A program made the translations under genes and the position numbers. Below the pieces are notes generated by a model. The model had not been told where the DNA came from and ran no database searches. It worked only from the letters and a program-made list of their open reading frames with translations. From the NCBI RefSeq assembly GCF_009914755.1, contig NC_060925.1: a DNA stretch of 64,000 bases. One strand, written 5' to 3'. How positions within the stretch are numbered: the first letter of the stretch is position 1; every line of letters begins with the position of its first letter. Of the stretch, positions 1 through 13,907 are shown in pieces. The DNA is from the human T2T-CHM13v2.0 reference genome, Homo sapiens.

Positions 1-1816
1 ACAAAATTGATCATCAAGTTTCAATGAAAATAGTCTGTGGCTATAACCTTTTTCAACAATGCTTGAGAAACATGTCTAATAAAAGATCATTGAAACACTG
101 CTTTTCATGCTGAGGCAGTGTTTCCAAAAAGGGAGAAATTACTCATCACTGCCAGTGTCAACTCATTATGAGTTTTCTTGTCCAATATGACCTAAGAACT
201 TCTATAAACACATAGAAGAGCGTTGCATGCAGACTACCTTTTCTTAAAGGAAAATAAACACTCTCTTCATAGGTATTTAGCACTCAATGTATTTAATAAT
301 CCTATATTGTTGGAAAAGTAGTTTATGTTTCACACTATTACGTTATACCAATCACTATGTCTTTATAATACTACAAAGTTTGAAAGTTGAGAAAAAATCC
401 AAAGAGAAAAACATCCAAGATTGAAAATTTGTCCATAAAAGTACCAGAGAAGTATATGTATTATGTGAAAAGTAATTATAAAATTTCTTTTTACTGATAG
501 GCAAGTAAGACTTAAGTAAAACAGTTTCCTCTTATCATACAATATTGCCTTAAGTCTACTGCAATCAAATTATTTCCTTGAAATTAATATTTAAGCAAAA
601 TCATTTCAGATTTTAAAATGTTCTTTAAATTCTTTAATTTTTCTAAAGTAATCAAAAAAGGAGAAGAAAGCTTGTTTTGGCTTATGGGCTCTCAACACCT
701 TTTAATCACAAAGCAGCTCTGTAGAAATACCGCAATCCATTATTCAGAGAAGAGAGGAAAGCATGTTACATTTTTAAAGGTTGAATCTAATCTAAATATT
801 TGTTGAGAATACAGAGGAAGCAGAAGGATAAATCTTTGTCATCAATTTTCATGTATCTTGGAAAGATATACACCTGGCAGATTTTTTTTCTTAGATAAAA
901 GTATTTAGTTTGCAAAGTAAACTCCAGAGGAAAGCAGACACGTTTAGAAGGGGGAATGTGATAAGCATCCAATTGGACCTAACAGAGACAGAAGGAGAAA
1001 TCAACACAGGGAAGGACAAAATGCATCTTAAAGCAATTATCCGCAAAATGGCAGCAGATGTTCAAGCTTTTGGATGATTGGGATTCTGAGAAGTCCAGAT
1101 AGAAACATATGGTGTAGTTCATCACAAAACGATTTAAAGCTATTATTGTTCATGTTATATCTTTATGTTATTCTCAATGACAGTTAATAGGTACATAGAT
1201 TTTTCTCTGGCATATCATGAATGTGTGATGTGTCTGAGGTCCACATTCATTTAACTGTGTCAGAGATAGGTTGTTCCTTAATAGTTCTATGCAAAAAATA
1301 AATTTAATCGACATGCACATAAAATAAGCCTATAATTTATATTAATATTTCATATGTATATACTACATATATCTATATGGCAGAGCATAAAGATTTATGC
1401 CATTACTTTTGGTCGTTCATGTAAAATTCAGTTAGTAAGAAGAGAAACCACTAAGTTTTAAAAAGCCATGTGGCATTTTTTTCTAAAAAAATATACATGC
1501 ACTGCATTCAGGAAAAAATAAGAAGTGTCCATTAGCACCTCCCACTTATTTGTGTGGGCCCAACAAAATTTTAACACTTACAAAAGGAAGTGTTAATGGT
1601 GACATTTAAAAACACTGCTTTCAAGAGGTGGGGAGACTTTATTTTAAAAAAAATTAGAACAAATACCTTTTTCTAGTTTGTGGAAAAGAAAAAATATATG
1701 TATAAGACAACATTATCATTTATTAGAATAAAGAAATTATTGAAGTTATACTGAAAATTTACAAGGTGAATTTAAGTTAACTTGATATATATAATACAAT
1801 CTGTTATGAATAAAGA

Positions 1817-1945
1817 TTTCTACATAGTTTTTAATACTTAAGGCCCCACTAACTTTCTAATCAATTAGAAGTGTTTAAGGCAACATTGTGCAATTTAGAT
1901 AAAGGTTATTAAAACCATTTTTTTACACCTACAGTATAAGTCATT
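1817..1945 (+). repeat. Copy 1 of a ~125-bp dispersed direct duplication (copy 2 at 2628-2751)
   Basis: catagtt..taatacttaaggccccactaactttcta...aaggcaacattg...aaaaccatttt..tacacctacagtataagtcatt is present at both positions. Confidence 0.9.
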
Positions 1946-2409
1946 TTTGTTCGTTTTGCTACTTGGGCTTCAGTTAAAAAATTAGGGTAAATTTTCGGAG
2001 TGAAGTTAAAAAGTAGAGAGAAGCATTTTGAATAGAAAAATGGGATGACCCACTGTGTGTGGAGATTTTCTTTATGGTCCCAGTTTTCCAGTGAGGAAAT
2101 TCAACTTTAAATCATTTACATACTTAAAAGGAAATAATAAATAATGACTTTGTTGCTAATATTTTATGAAAATGAATAATATGTAAAATGGCAATCATTT
2201 GTAGGTTTGAAAGATTTGTAATGAATTCACTCTTAAACTGGAGTGGGGGCTATATAGGTTATATAACAATAATTTATTAAAAATCCTAATGATTCACTCC
2301 TCATTCAAAAGTCTCACAGGATCTAATACTTCAAAACTAATTTCTAAACGTGTCAAAGCTGTTAAATTTCAAAACAATGCGGAAAATGAGGTATGCTAAC
2401 ATGAGCACA

Positions 2410-2625
2410 GATTTTGAGGAACAAGACCCTGCATAGTTTAAGTCAGAGTTCAATATTTTACAGGCTCAGTGACTTCATTGACTTTATTAATCAATTTCTG
2501 TGTTTCAGATTTTGGGGATATAAAATTAAGAAAGTAATAATGTCCACCCCATTAATTCGTAATAGGAAAAAAGAAAATAATTTATTCTAAATTATTTTTT
2601 AAACTGTAAATCCCCTTTATTATTG
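2410..2625 (+). mobile_element. Degenerate MIR-like SINE
   Basis: gtgact..actttattaa..tctgtgtttcagattt..taaaat..taataat..cacc resembles a decayed MIR core. Confidence 0.4.
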
Positions 2626-2627
2626 TT

Positions 2628-2751
2628 TTTCTGCATAGTTTCTAATACTTAAGGCCCCACTAACTTTCTACATCAGTTGTAAGTATTTAAGGCAACATTG
2701 TACAATTTAAAGATTGTTAAAACCATTTTTACACCTACAGTATAAGTCATT
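2628..2751 (+). repeat. Copy 2 of the ~125-bp dispersed direct duplication
   Basis: Same motifs as 1817-1945 with scattered substitutions and indels. Confidence 0.9.
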
Positions 2752-3544
2752 ATACAGTACACATTTGAAATCCAGAACCACATAAGTAATTAAACTTCAA
2801 TAAACTGAGTAACAGATGTTCAGCTAATGGGCAATTAAATCTATAGCCATTTTACCTAAAGTGAAGGAAGTTGATACAACGTGAAGTTTTACAAAGCCAT
2901 ACAAGCCTCTTACAACACTTATATTCAGCATTTATTGAATAGACAAGATCTACAGATTTAGAATACAAATTGTAGAAATTAATGTATAAATATGGAATAT
3001 ATGTGTATATATATATTTTTTCTATCTCTTTCTCTACTTTAATTCTACTAGAAGCCTAAAAACACCCATACAATTGGCTGGGTCACATTTGTAAGAGGGC
3101 TGAAACCTGAGGGCCATCTGACTGTACTTCCTGCCAAGATACTAGGCTGCTTGTAAGAGGTGGTGGCTGGGATAAACATCACAGCTATGGCTTCTAGGTT
3201 TGACTCTTGAGTCCTTTCATTCTATATTTTGATGTCTCACAGAAATGGTTCTAGTGATTTGTATGCGCAAGAAATTATTATAGAAAAGACATTTGTTTCC
3301 TTTGTGAAATTTCAGAAATTCAGTTAGCTAGAAACAAAATTAATGAGTCACAATATGATACATAATGTTTAAACATCTTACTTGACATAGTCAAACAAAA
3401 TACAAAATTAATCAAACTTATTTTAAAAATATTACATTTTCTAAATCTAAATCTGGCCGATGAAAAATCTAATTTGTATTTATAATCCATTGTCTGTTAC
3501 TATATAACTAATGTATCTATTCAAGCATTTACTCAACATAGAAT

Positions 3545-3742
3545 TTCACTAAATATATATAATTATATATATTTAAATAAAATGCCTTTTATATATGTAA
3601 TGTATATTATACAATAACTATATTATATATGTATTATATAATATATATTTAAAATATATGTAAAATATATTTATATAAAACAATGTATTATATATTTATG
3701 TATTATTATATAAAATAAGATTTATATACAATTATATATTAT
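3545..3742. repeat. AT/TA-rich low-complexity tract (continues 4522-4580 after the LTR)
   Basis: Almost pure A/T with tatata motifs. Confidence 0.8.
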
Positions 3743-4521
3743 TGATACAGGAGGGTGGCAGGGAAGTGCTGTGTAGAGAAGGGCATGGTCCCTGGCTAGG
3801 GCTCCATCCCCAGGCCTGTGCCCATGAACCTAGGTGAGGACAGGCATTTCTGTTTTTGTGCCAAATGTTGCATTTATCAAGACCACCCTAGCCTGCCATG
3901 AACCAATCCTGTGCCTATAAAAGCCCCGAGACCCTAGCGGGCAGAGACACAGTTGGCTGAACGTTGACAGGAACACACCGATGGAAGAAGACAGCAGCAG
4001 ACCCCAGCAGATGCTGGCAGGCCATCTACGGCAAGGCGACACAGATGTCAGTCAGAGCTGGTCGGAGGAATGCCCAGCCGCTGAGCAGCCTGACTCCAGG
4101 GGAAAACCACCTTATCACTCCATCCCCCTTCTGTCTCCCGATCCATCTACTAAGAGCTACTTCCACCATTCTATAAAAACTTGCACTCATTCTTCAAGCT
4201 CAGGTGTGATCCGACTTTTCTGGTACACCAATGCAAGTACCGGGGGTACAGAAAGCCCTCTGTCCTTGTAATAAGGCAGAGGGTCTAATTGAGCTTATTA
4301 ACACAAGCCGCCTATATACGGCTAAACTAAAAGAGCACACTGCAACATGCCCACTGGGGCTTCAGGAAGCATTCACCCCTAGAGGCTGCTGTGGGGTCGG
4401 AGCCACACAGCCTGCCCGTCTGCATGCTCCCCCTAGAGGTTTGAGCAGTGGGACCTCAAAAGAGTAAGTAGCATCCCCATCACATGACCTACCGGGGGAT
4501 AAAGGAAGTTTTCCCATTTCA
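3743..4521 (+). mobile_element. Solo ERV1 LTR, LTR1 family
   Basis: TG...CA termini (tgatacaggagggtggcagggaagtgct ... ttcccatttca), 779 bp, TATA-like cctataaaa near 3914, 4-bp TSD TTAT (3739-3742 / 4522-4525). Confidence 0.85.
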
Positions 4522-4734
4522 TTATTATACAGAAATATTACTTGAATTACGTAATATATTATATTACAAATATATATAAAAGGCATTTCATTTAAATATT
4601 TTTAAGAGCCCATATAACATATACGATCTTCCAAAATTTTTATGAAAATAAAATGTCCTGTTTATACAAAATCTTCATAATTTGTAAAATGTAATTACTT
4701 AGTTTCTCAATCCTAAGAACTCTAATAAATTCTC

Positions 4735-6792
4735 CTTGTTTTTGGCTGTTGACTGGTCAGGATTGACTGATTGGTTGCTGAAGGGTGGTGTGGCTGTGGC
4801 AATTTCTTAAAATAAGACAACAATGAAATTGGCCGCATTGATAGACTTTTCCTTTCATGAACAATTTTATTCATAATAGAACTTCTTTCAAAATTGGAGT
4901 CTATCTTTTCAAACTACTGGAGCTTTATTAATTAACTTGATATACTATTCTAAATTTATTTGTTCTCATTTCAACAATGTTAATGGCAACTTCAGCTGAA
5001 GTAGGTTCCATTTCAAGAAACCACTTTATTTTTTTCATCCACAAGAAGCCTTTTCTCATCTGATGTGGTTTTATCATGAGATTGCCACAATCCAGTCCCT
5101 TATTCAGGCTGCACTTCTCTTTCTATTTCTCTTGCCATTTCCATCACATCGTCAGTTACTGTCTTCACTGAAGTCTTAAACCCCTCAAAGCGATCCATGA
5201 GGGCTGGAATCAACTTGTTCCAAACTCTTTTTAATATTGATATTTTCACCTTATCTAATGAATCATAAATGTTCTTAATGAGATGTAGAATGGTGTATCT
5301 TTTCAAGATTTTCAATTTACTTAACACAAATCTGTGGTAAGACTCTAAATAAGACAAACAAGACTCGAAAGTCAAAATTACTCCTTGATCTGTGGGCTAC
5401 ATAGAGGATCTTCTGTTAGCAGGCATGAAAATAGCATTAGTCTCCGTGTTCATCAGAGCTCTTGGCTGACTGGGTGTACAGATTATTGTTAAAGAACAAT
5501 AATCTTTTCAAGGGAATATTCTTTTCTAAGCAATAGGTCTCAAAAGTGGGTTTAAAATGTTCAGTAAACAGTACTGTAAATAGATATACTGTTATCCAGT
5601 CTTTGTTTTTCCATTTTTAGAGCACAGGCAGAATAGATTCAGCATAACTATTTAGGGCCCTAGGCTTCTTGCCATGGTAAATGAACATTGGCTTCAACTT
5701 AGTGATCAGCTACATTAGCCCCTACCAATAAAGTCCACCTGTCCTTTGAATGTTTGAAGCCAAGAATTCACTTCTTTCAAGCTATGAAAGTCATATTCTT
5801 CCAATAGAAGATGTCATATTCTTCCAATAGAAGGCTGTTTTGTCTACATTGAAAATCTATTGTTTTATTGTAGCCCTCTTCATCAGTGATCTAAGCTAGA
5901 TCGTCTGGCTAACGTGCTGCAGCTTCTCCATCAGCACTTACTGCTTCACCTTGCATGTTTATGTTATGGATCTGGCTCCTTTTCCTAAACCTCATGAACC
6001 AGCCTCTGCTAGTTTTCAACTTTTCTTCTATAGCTTCCTTACCACTCTCAGCTCTCAGCTGTCATAAAATTAAAGAGAGTTAGGGCCTTGAGCTGGGTTA
6101 GGCTTTGGCTTAAGGGAATGTGAGGGCTGGTTCTTCTATCCAGACAACTCAAAAGTTTTCCATATTACAATTAGGCTGTGTCCCTTTCTTATTATTTGCT
6201 TGTTCATTAGACTAGCACTTTTAATTCCCTTCAAGAACTTTCCCTTTGCATTCACAATGCAGCTAACTGTTTAGCAGAAGATGCTTAACTTTTGGCCTAC
6301 CTTGCTTTTTGACATGCCTTCCTCAGTAAACTGAATAATTTCTAGATTTAATTCGAGAGACAGGAGGATCTTCTCTTCACTTGAACACTTAGAGGTCCTT
6401 GTAGGGTTATTAATTTGCCTAATTTTAATAATGTTGTGTCTCAGAGAATAGGAAGGCCCAAAGAGAAGGAATATAAGATGTGGAAATGATTGGTGAGTGG
6501 AGCACTGAGAACATACAAAACATTTGTTGATTAAGTTTGTCATCTAATGTGGGCATGATTTGTAGCATCTCAAAACATTTACAATAGTAACATCAAAGAT
6601 CACTGATCAACGATCACCAAAACAGAGTAATAATGACAGTTTGAAATATTGCGAGAATTACAAAAATGAGGCAAAAAGACACAAAATGAGCTTGTGCTAT
6701 TGAAAAATAAAATGTTACCAGTAGACTTTCCCCCAACCTTCAATTTGTAAAATGGCAGTATCGGTGAAGTACAATAAAATGATATATGCCTA
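4735..6792 (-). mobile_element. Tigger1 DNA transposon (TcMar-Tigger), near full length, lacking its 3' end
   Basis: Terminal repeat caataaaatgatatatgccta + TA at 6772-6794; decayed transposase pieces in the minus ORFs 5100-5375 (DRFEGFKTSV..DVMEMARE) and 6271-6543 (LEIIQFTEEGMSKSKVGQKL). Confidence 0.92.
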
Positions 6793-7789
6793 TACATTGG
6801 AAAAATTCACTTGTCCTAATTCCATTCTTGATTTTTTCCTATCCTATGTTACTCAACTTAGATTCCCAGACATGATAATGTAATGTAATGAGCAAATGTA
6901 ATGACACAATTACATAATGAGTAATCCATCGTCTACTTCTATTAGCCGAGCTAGTATTTGATTGAGCACTTAATGTACATTAAGTACCTGATCTTATTTA
7001 ATCTCCCCTGTAAAAGAAGCAATTTTAGAATAACCATTGTTGTAAACTGAATTAAGACAGTGAGATAAACACAACCTTGAAGCTACTTTTGGTTTAAAGT
7101 ATAGTCATCAAAACTTTTGGTCCCATTAACATGTTACATATATCCAGCCATTTATTAAATGTGCATTCCTTAGTAAGGACACACATTACAGTTCATTCAG
7201 CTTCTCTTGGCTCTTTGTCTTGCTAGGTAGTCCAATCAAATTTTGACCAAAATGTTTGCTCAAAGAGGATGCAATCATACTCTAGGAGCAGGGTTTTAGA
7301 ATCTTATTTTTAGACAAATAACCCACTCCAACTTTCTCTCTCCCCATAATGGAACACAAGACCATTTAAAGATTAAACTTGGATTTCCTTGCTAAAGAGT
7401 ACAAACTACAGGGCTTACCTTGTATAACAAAGTGTAAGGAATAATGTTAAAATATTCCAGTCAATCAATTTTCTTAAATACTGCTTATTTTACCCATAAA
7501 GTATCATTTTAAATCTTTCAATATGCAAATCAACAAGTTACTAAATTTACCAGTGAAAATCTAAATTTTAATATTTATATTTCTTATGTTAAATAGAATG
7601 TCCTCAAATGTTGATTGCTAATAAAGATAGCTGAGCTGTTTCAATAACTGCCTTTGGAGAGGCCCTATAATGAAAGACTATCTGAATATATCTGAGGAAT
7701 GAACTTCTAACCAGAACAAATAATGTTCCTTAGAATAAGGGCTTAAGACAATTAAAATACACATTGGTATCACGTTATAATACCCATCA

Positions 7790-7930
7790 TAGCACCTATC
7801 TTAGAGATGAGAAGAGAGATATAGAGAAGTTTAGTAACTAGCTTGCTGTCACAAGTCTAATAAATACCAGAACCGTGAATTAGACCTAGAGCTCCTCGAC
7901 TCAAGCTTGTACCAATTCCATTCAATCAGA
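7790..7930 (-). mobile_element. MIR fragment
   Basis: agatgagaa..agagaagtttagtaactagc..gtcaca..agaaccgtgaattagacctag..ctcgactc resembles the antisense MIR core. Confidence 0.55.
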
Positions 7931-9088
7931 GCGCCTTGTAGCAGCATAATCCAACTAATTTAAAAGTATGAAATTGTAAAAATACGAACTTCTTTTATTG
8001 GCAGGCTTCTGTAGAAATATATTTCTTCTCTTTAATAACAAACTTAAAACTGGACCACTAAACAAATTTTTAGTAAACTTAGAAACTGTAGGCCATATAT
8101 CTGCCTTCTGCAATTTTCCTTTCATACTCAGCTAAGTGTCAGTTATGGTTAAATTCCATCTTTAGAACCTGATAAAATTATATTTAATACCTTGACAGCC
8201 AGAAAAAAAAAAGAAAGAATTGAATTTCAAACCTTTCATGCAAAAGAAACTGGAAACATTTTCTAAGTTCCAGGACACTAAACAGATTTACAGGATTGTT
8301 ATATTTATAGTTTAAATTCCAAAAAGTTCTGGGGACAAAGTGATCTATAACAGTATCTTCTCCCATGAAAGAGATAATACCTACATTTATAATGCAGATA
8401 AGTTAACTAGGGAGGGGGTGTATAGGCATATTCTAGGGGAAGTAAAAGAAAAAACAATTTTTGTTTTAATGTTAGAAGATAATATTAAATCTAGGTCATG
8501 TAGCTATAGTCAATTGCCTGTAACATAAACACAAATTTGTGATATCTCTCTCTCTCAGCAATAAAATGGGACATTATGTTCCCCATGGCCTTGTCAAAAA
8601 TATCGGCTTTTTCTTAGATTGACACCTATCTTAGGGAAAAGCTCTTGTAATACTAGTGTTTTAGAGCAAAATTTACAAGTTGTATCTCGTAGATGGAAAA
8701 GGCATTCTTCTGCTCTGACATCAGGTCTGTATTCACAGATCTATATATAGATCATTGATATATGAATTAGAGCCCATTGTGTGACTCACACTCCAGGGAA
8801 TCCTTTTGTATTATTGTGCTCCTTGCATGATTTTCTTAAAACCTGAGGTGAGAAAGTAACATATTTTGTCCTGACCCTACTTCTCCATATTCAGGGATAG
8901 AAAATGCCACAGAATTCTAGCAATATTCACTAAAGTAACTTGGATATTCCTACTCACTTTATCTTCAACATCTGTTTATCCTTAATACACATTTGTTAGT
9001 TATAGATGTCAGAACATAACAATCCAAATGCATTTATATATAGTAAATATAAGGTTAATATTTTTGCTCACGTAAGTAAAAAGACCAG

Positions 9089-11359
9089 TGAGATGGTTTG
9101 GCTGTGTCCCCACCGAAATCTCAACTTGAATTGTATCTCCCAGAATTCCCACATGTTGTGGCAGGGACCCAGTAGGAGGTAACTGAATCATGAAGGCCGG
9201 TCTTTCCCGTGCTATTCTCGTGCTAGTGAGTAAGTCTCATGAGAGCTAATGGGTTTATCACGGGTTTCTGCCTTTGCTTCTTCCTCATTTTCTCGTTTCT
9301 GCCATGTAAGAAGTGTCTTTCACCTCTCGCCATGATTCTGAGGCCTCCTCATCCATGTGGATCTGTAAGTCCAATTAAACTTCTTTTTCTTTCCAATCTC
9401 AGGTATGTCTTTATCAGCAGCATGACAACAGACTAATACAGTAAATTGGTACCAGTAAGGTGGGGCATTGCTGAAAAGATACCCAAAAATGTGGAAGCAA
9501 CTTTGCAACTGAGTAACAGGCAGAGACTGGAACAGTTTTGAGGACTCAGAAGAAGACAGGAAAATGTGGGAAAGTTTGGAACTTCCTAGAGACTTGTTGA
9601 ATGGCTTTGCCCAAAATGCTGATAGCAATATGGAAAATAAGATCCAGGCTGAGGTGGTCTCAGGTGAATATGAGGAATTGTTGGGAACTGGAACAAAGGT
9701 GACTCTGGTTATGTTTTAGCAAAGAGAATTGTGGCATTTTGCCCCTGCCCTGGAGATTTGTGGAAATTTGAACTTGAGAAAGATGATTTAGGGTATCTGG
9801 GGGAAGAAATTTCTAAGCAGCAAAGCATTCAAGAGGTGACTTGGGTGTTGTTAGAGGCATTCAGTTTTAAAAGGGAAACAGAGCATAAACTTTCAGATAA
9901 TTTGCAGCCTGACTATGCTATAGAAAAGAAAAACCCATTTTCTCGGGAGAAATTCAAGCTGGCTGCAGAAATATGTATAAGTAGCAAGGAACCTAATGTT
10001 AATCCCTAAGACCAAGGGGAAAATGTCTCCAGAGCATGTCAGAGATTCTCACAGCAGCCCCTCCCATCACAGGCCCAGAGGCCCAGGAGGAAGAAGCAGT
10101 TTCACGGGCTGGGCCCAGGGTCCCTGAGCTGTGTGCAGCCTAGGGACTTGGTGCCCTGTGTCCCAGCTGCTCCAGCCGTGGCTGAAAGGGGCCAACAGGG
10201 AGCCCGGGCTATGGCTTCAGAGGGTGGAAGCCCCAAGTCTTGGCAGCTTCCATTTGTTGCTGAGCCTGCGGGTGCAGAGAAGTCAAGAATTGAGGTTTGG
10301 GAACCTCTGCCTATATTTCAGAAGATTTATGGAAATGCCTGGATGCTCAGGCAAAAGTTTGATGCAGGGGCGGGGCCCTCATACAGAACCTCTACTAGGG
10401 CAACGTGGAAGGGAGATGTAGGGTTGGAGCCCCTACAAAGAGTTCCTACTGGGGCACCACCTAGTAGAGCTGTGAGAAGAGGGCCACCATTCTCCTGACC
10501 CCAGAATGGTAGATCCACCAACACCATGTGCCTGGAAAAGCCACAGACACTCAAGGCCAGCTGGTAAAAGCAGCTGGGTGGGAGGCTGTACAAAGCCACA
10601 GGGGTGGAGCTGCCCAAGACCATGGGAACCCACCTCTTACATCAGCGTGACCTGGATGTGAGATCTGGAGTCAAAGGAGATCATTTTGGAGCTTTAAGAC
10701 TTGACTGCCCTGCCAGATTTCAGACTTGCATGGGCCCTGCAACCCCTTTGTTTTGGCCAATTTCTCCCATTTGAAATGGCTGTATTTACCCAATACCTGT
10801 ACCGCCATTGTATTTAGGAAATAACTAACTTGCTTTTGATTTTACAGGCTCGTAGGCTAAAGGAACTTGGCTTGTCTCAGATGAGACTTTGGGCTGTGGA
10901 CTTTTAGGTTAATGCTGAAATGAGTTAAGACTTTGGCGGACTGTTGAGAAGACATGATTGGTTTTGAAATGTTAGGCCATGAAATATGGAGGAGCCAGGT
11001 TGAAATGATATGGATTGGCTGAGTCCCCACCCAAATTTCAACTTGAATTTTATCTCCCAGAATTCCCATGTGTTGTGGGAGGGACACAGGAGGAGGTAAT
11101 TGAATCATGGGGGCTGGTCTTTCCTGTGCTATTCTCATGATAGTAAATAAGTCTTATGAGATCTGATGGGTTTATCAGGGGTTTCCACTTTTCCTTTTTC
11201 CCCATTTTCTCTTGCTGCAATCATGTAAGAAGTGCCTTTCACCTCCCACTGTGATTCTGAGGCCTTCCCAGCCATGTGGAACTGAAAGTCCAATTAAACC
11301 TCTTTTTCTTCCCAGTCTCAGATATGTCTTTATCAGCAGGGTGAAAAAGGACTCATACA
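9089..11359 (+). mobile_element. Full-length THE1A MaLR element (5' LTR 9089-9440, internal 9441-11005, 3' LTR 11006-11359)
   Basis: Two ~350-bp LTRs (tga.atgg.ttggct..gtccccac..aaat.tcaacttgaatt.tatctcccagaattccc ... gact.ataca); internal part starts gtaaattggtaccag; 5-bp TSD ACCAG/ATCAG (9084-9088 / 11360-11364). Confidence 0.95.
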
Positions 11360-11479
11360 ATCAGGAATAATAAAGTTTCAGGCATCCCAAAATTTTATCA
11401 CCAGGAATAGGTTTCTCTATTATAATCCCATAATTCTTTATTCTCCCTTTCAGGCCATATAGCCAAAAACCAAGGTAAA

Positions 11480-12375
11480 AAAATAAAAATGTAAATTATG
11501 ACCAAACTTCAAAATAGCTGTGGTTAATATGTTCAAGAAAATAGAAGAATTACAGAAATAAAGGTATATAAATTTTTAATAAATGTTAGAATCTAGAAAA
11601 CAGGATAAAATTGGTATTCTAGGATTGACAAATAAAATACCTGCTATTAATACCTCAGTAGATGGTTTCAAAAGTGTATTAGATACAACAGAAAAGATTA
11701 CTGAGCTTGAAGATAGTCAATATCCAATATCAAAATAAAGCAGAGAGAATTAAGAGAAAGACAATACAGAAAGAAGTGTCTGAGTCATGTGAACACAAAG
11801 GATTATTTATCATATGTTCAACCAGAATTCCAGAATTAGAGAAGACAAACAATGGGACATATACGATAGCTAAACAGTTAACCAGCAAAAAAATGAGAAA
11901 TCCTTAAAAGACATCAAATTTTCAATAAGCTGAGAGAATCACATGCAGTAGAAATACAATAACGAGGCAAAAAATACCAATTTAAAAATTCCACCATGAC
12001 CCATTTTAATCAAATTATAATGGCAATAATAATAATAATCCCAAAAGTAGCAAGAGAAAAGAAGCATAGTACCTTCAAAGCAGCAAAAGAAGACAGCTGA
12101 CTTTTCAACAAAATTGACAATGGTCTAAAAACAACTGAAAAACATTTAAAAGATGCTGAAATGTAAAAATAGAAATAAAAAGTCTTTTCTAGAATTCTAA
12201 ATCAAGCAAAAATGTCATTGAGTACTCAGACTGAATAGGCATTTTCAGAAAAAAACGACAACTTATTTTATTTTGTTTTAACCCACAGAACCTGCACTGG
12301 AAAGATACTAAAGCAAGCTCTTCAAGGAAAGTAAAAATAGTCAACGGGAGTACAAGAGAAATACAGGAATAAACC
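11480..12375 (+). mobile_element. Old L1M fragment (ORF1 region)
   Basis: A-rich; attagatacaacagaaaagattactgagcttgaagatagtcaat, acagctgacttttcaaca, tagaattctaaatcaagcaaaaatgtcatt are typical of L1M ORF1. Confidence 0.7.
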
Positions 12376-12483
12376 TTGGCGTATTTTCCCGAGCATTAAT
12401 GGGTTGACAGTGAAGATGAATCACCTGTCTCTAACATTCTACTATCAAAACCTGAGATCAGAAGTTCCATGTAAAAATATATC

Positions 12484-12578
12484 AGCTGGCCGCGGTGGCT
12501 CACGCCTATAATCTCAGCACTTTGGGAAGCTGAGGCAGGCAGATCACTTGAGGTCAGGAGTTCAAGACCAGCCAGACA
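12484..12578 (+). mobile_element. Alu 5' fragment (left arm only, 3'-truncated)
   Basis: ggccgcggtggctcacgcctataatctcagcactttgggaagctgaggcaggcagatcacttgaggtcaggagttcaagaccagcc. Confidence 0.9.
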
Positions 12579-13605
12579 TTATCCTTACACATAGGTGAAA
12601 AAGTAAGGTAAAAAATTAGTAGGAAAATTGTCACTGGTTTATACAAAGTTAGTATTGGTGAGATAAGACTTAAGACCTCCCTATTTTCCCTTATTTCACT
12701 GATAATGGAATAGCTGATTGCTACCTATAACCAAATTGTGTCCTTGTTATATCAGTAAGTGTAATATTTTGTGTGTATTTTTCATATAAATATGTTCATC
12801 TTCTTAATTCATTTCACACAGGTATTACACTAGACTATAAACACAATATTAGAGAGTCATTTGAAAGTTTGCGTAGAAGAATCAAGATCAAAATGCAGAA
12901 GTACTGATTCCTTGCAAAGAAATCATTTTGTCCTCTCCCAAAATAGGAGAATGTAAAGTAAAATAGAAATAAGCTGAAAGAGTTAATTATTACTTGGATT
13001 AAGTGCCTGAGATACTCCAAATTATCTCATATGTTGTGATAATATATCTCTACACCTATAACTTATCTCCACCCTCTGATTCCATAGTTATGCCTGAATT
13101 GCTCCAAAGAACATTACAGTTTATGTCAGTACCAGAAGACTTCCAAATGTAATTTGGCAAAAGAAGATAGAACATTTTCATTCAGGAAATTGTTCTTCTT
13201 AATTGCTGTCTCATTTTATGTGTAATATCTTCTTCTGAAGAAATAATAGGCATTCCTTTATAGGAACATGCAAACCATCAAGGCTTATGAAGTCCCAAGT
13301 TTTTGAATTTCCTGAAGATGATAAAGTAAAAGTTATTTCTTGTTACATGTAGTTTTGAATATATTTATATTACAAATCTGTTTCAAGGCTTTAAAAAAAT
13401 ATTTTAGCACTAAATTAAAATGTGTTAAGTAGAGAATGGATTTTATCCTTATTAAATGGGGACTGTACCATTTCGAGATAAGAGACCAGAGATGTTGATA
13501 TTTTAACTACTGGGAACTTATTACAGTAACTAGTAGCATGGAAGGTAAGTATCTAACTAATAAAACAGAGCGTAGTGGAAACATATGAACTCTGAGTTTG
13601 ACTGG

Positions 13606-13797
13606 TTTTTGTTTGTTTGTTTGTTTTGTTTTGTTTCGTTTTTGAGACCGAGTTCAGTGGCGCGATCTTGGCTTACTGTAACCTCTGCCTCCCACGTTCA
13701 AGCGATTCTCCTGCCTCAGCCTCCAGAGTAGCTGGGATTAACCTGCCTCGGCCTCCCAAAGTGCTGAAATTACAGGCATGAGCCACCACGCCTGGCT
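13606..13797 (-). mobile_element. AluS with two internal deletions
   Basis: (gttt)n tail; gagaccgagt|tcagtggcgcgatc (~25 bp lost); gctgggatta|acctgcctcggcc (~100 bp lost); flanked by tgagttt(t)gac. Confidence 0.9.
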
Positions 13798-13907
13798 GAG
13801 TTTTGACACTTCAGCACTAAAACAGAAGTTGTACAAATATAAATGAATCTTGCCAAGGATGGAGAGAATTGCAACAAGCAAACATACAGACAACTAAGTT
13901 ATTTTTC

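Noticed and set aside
9731-10633. ORFs of 66-121 aa
   Set aside because: Fragments of the decayed THE1 internal region.
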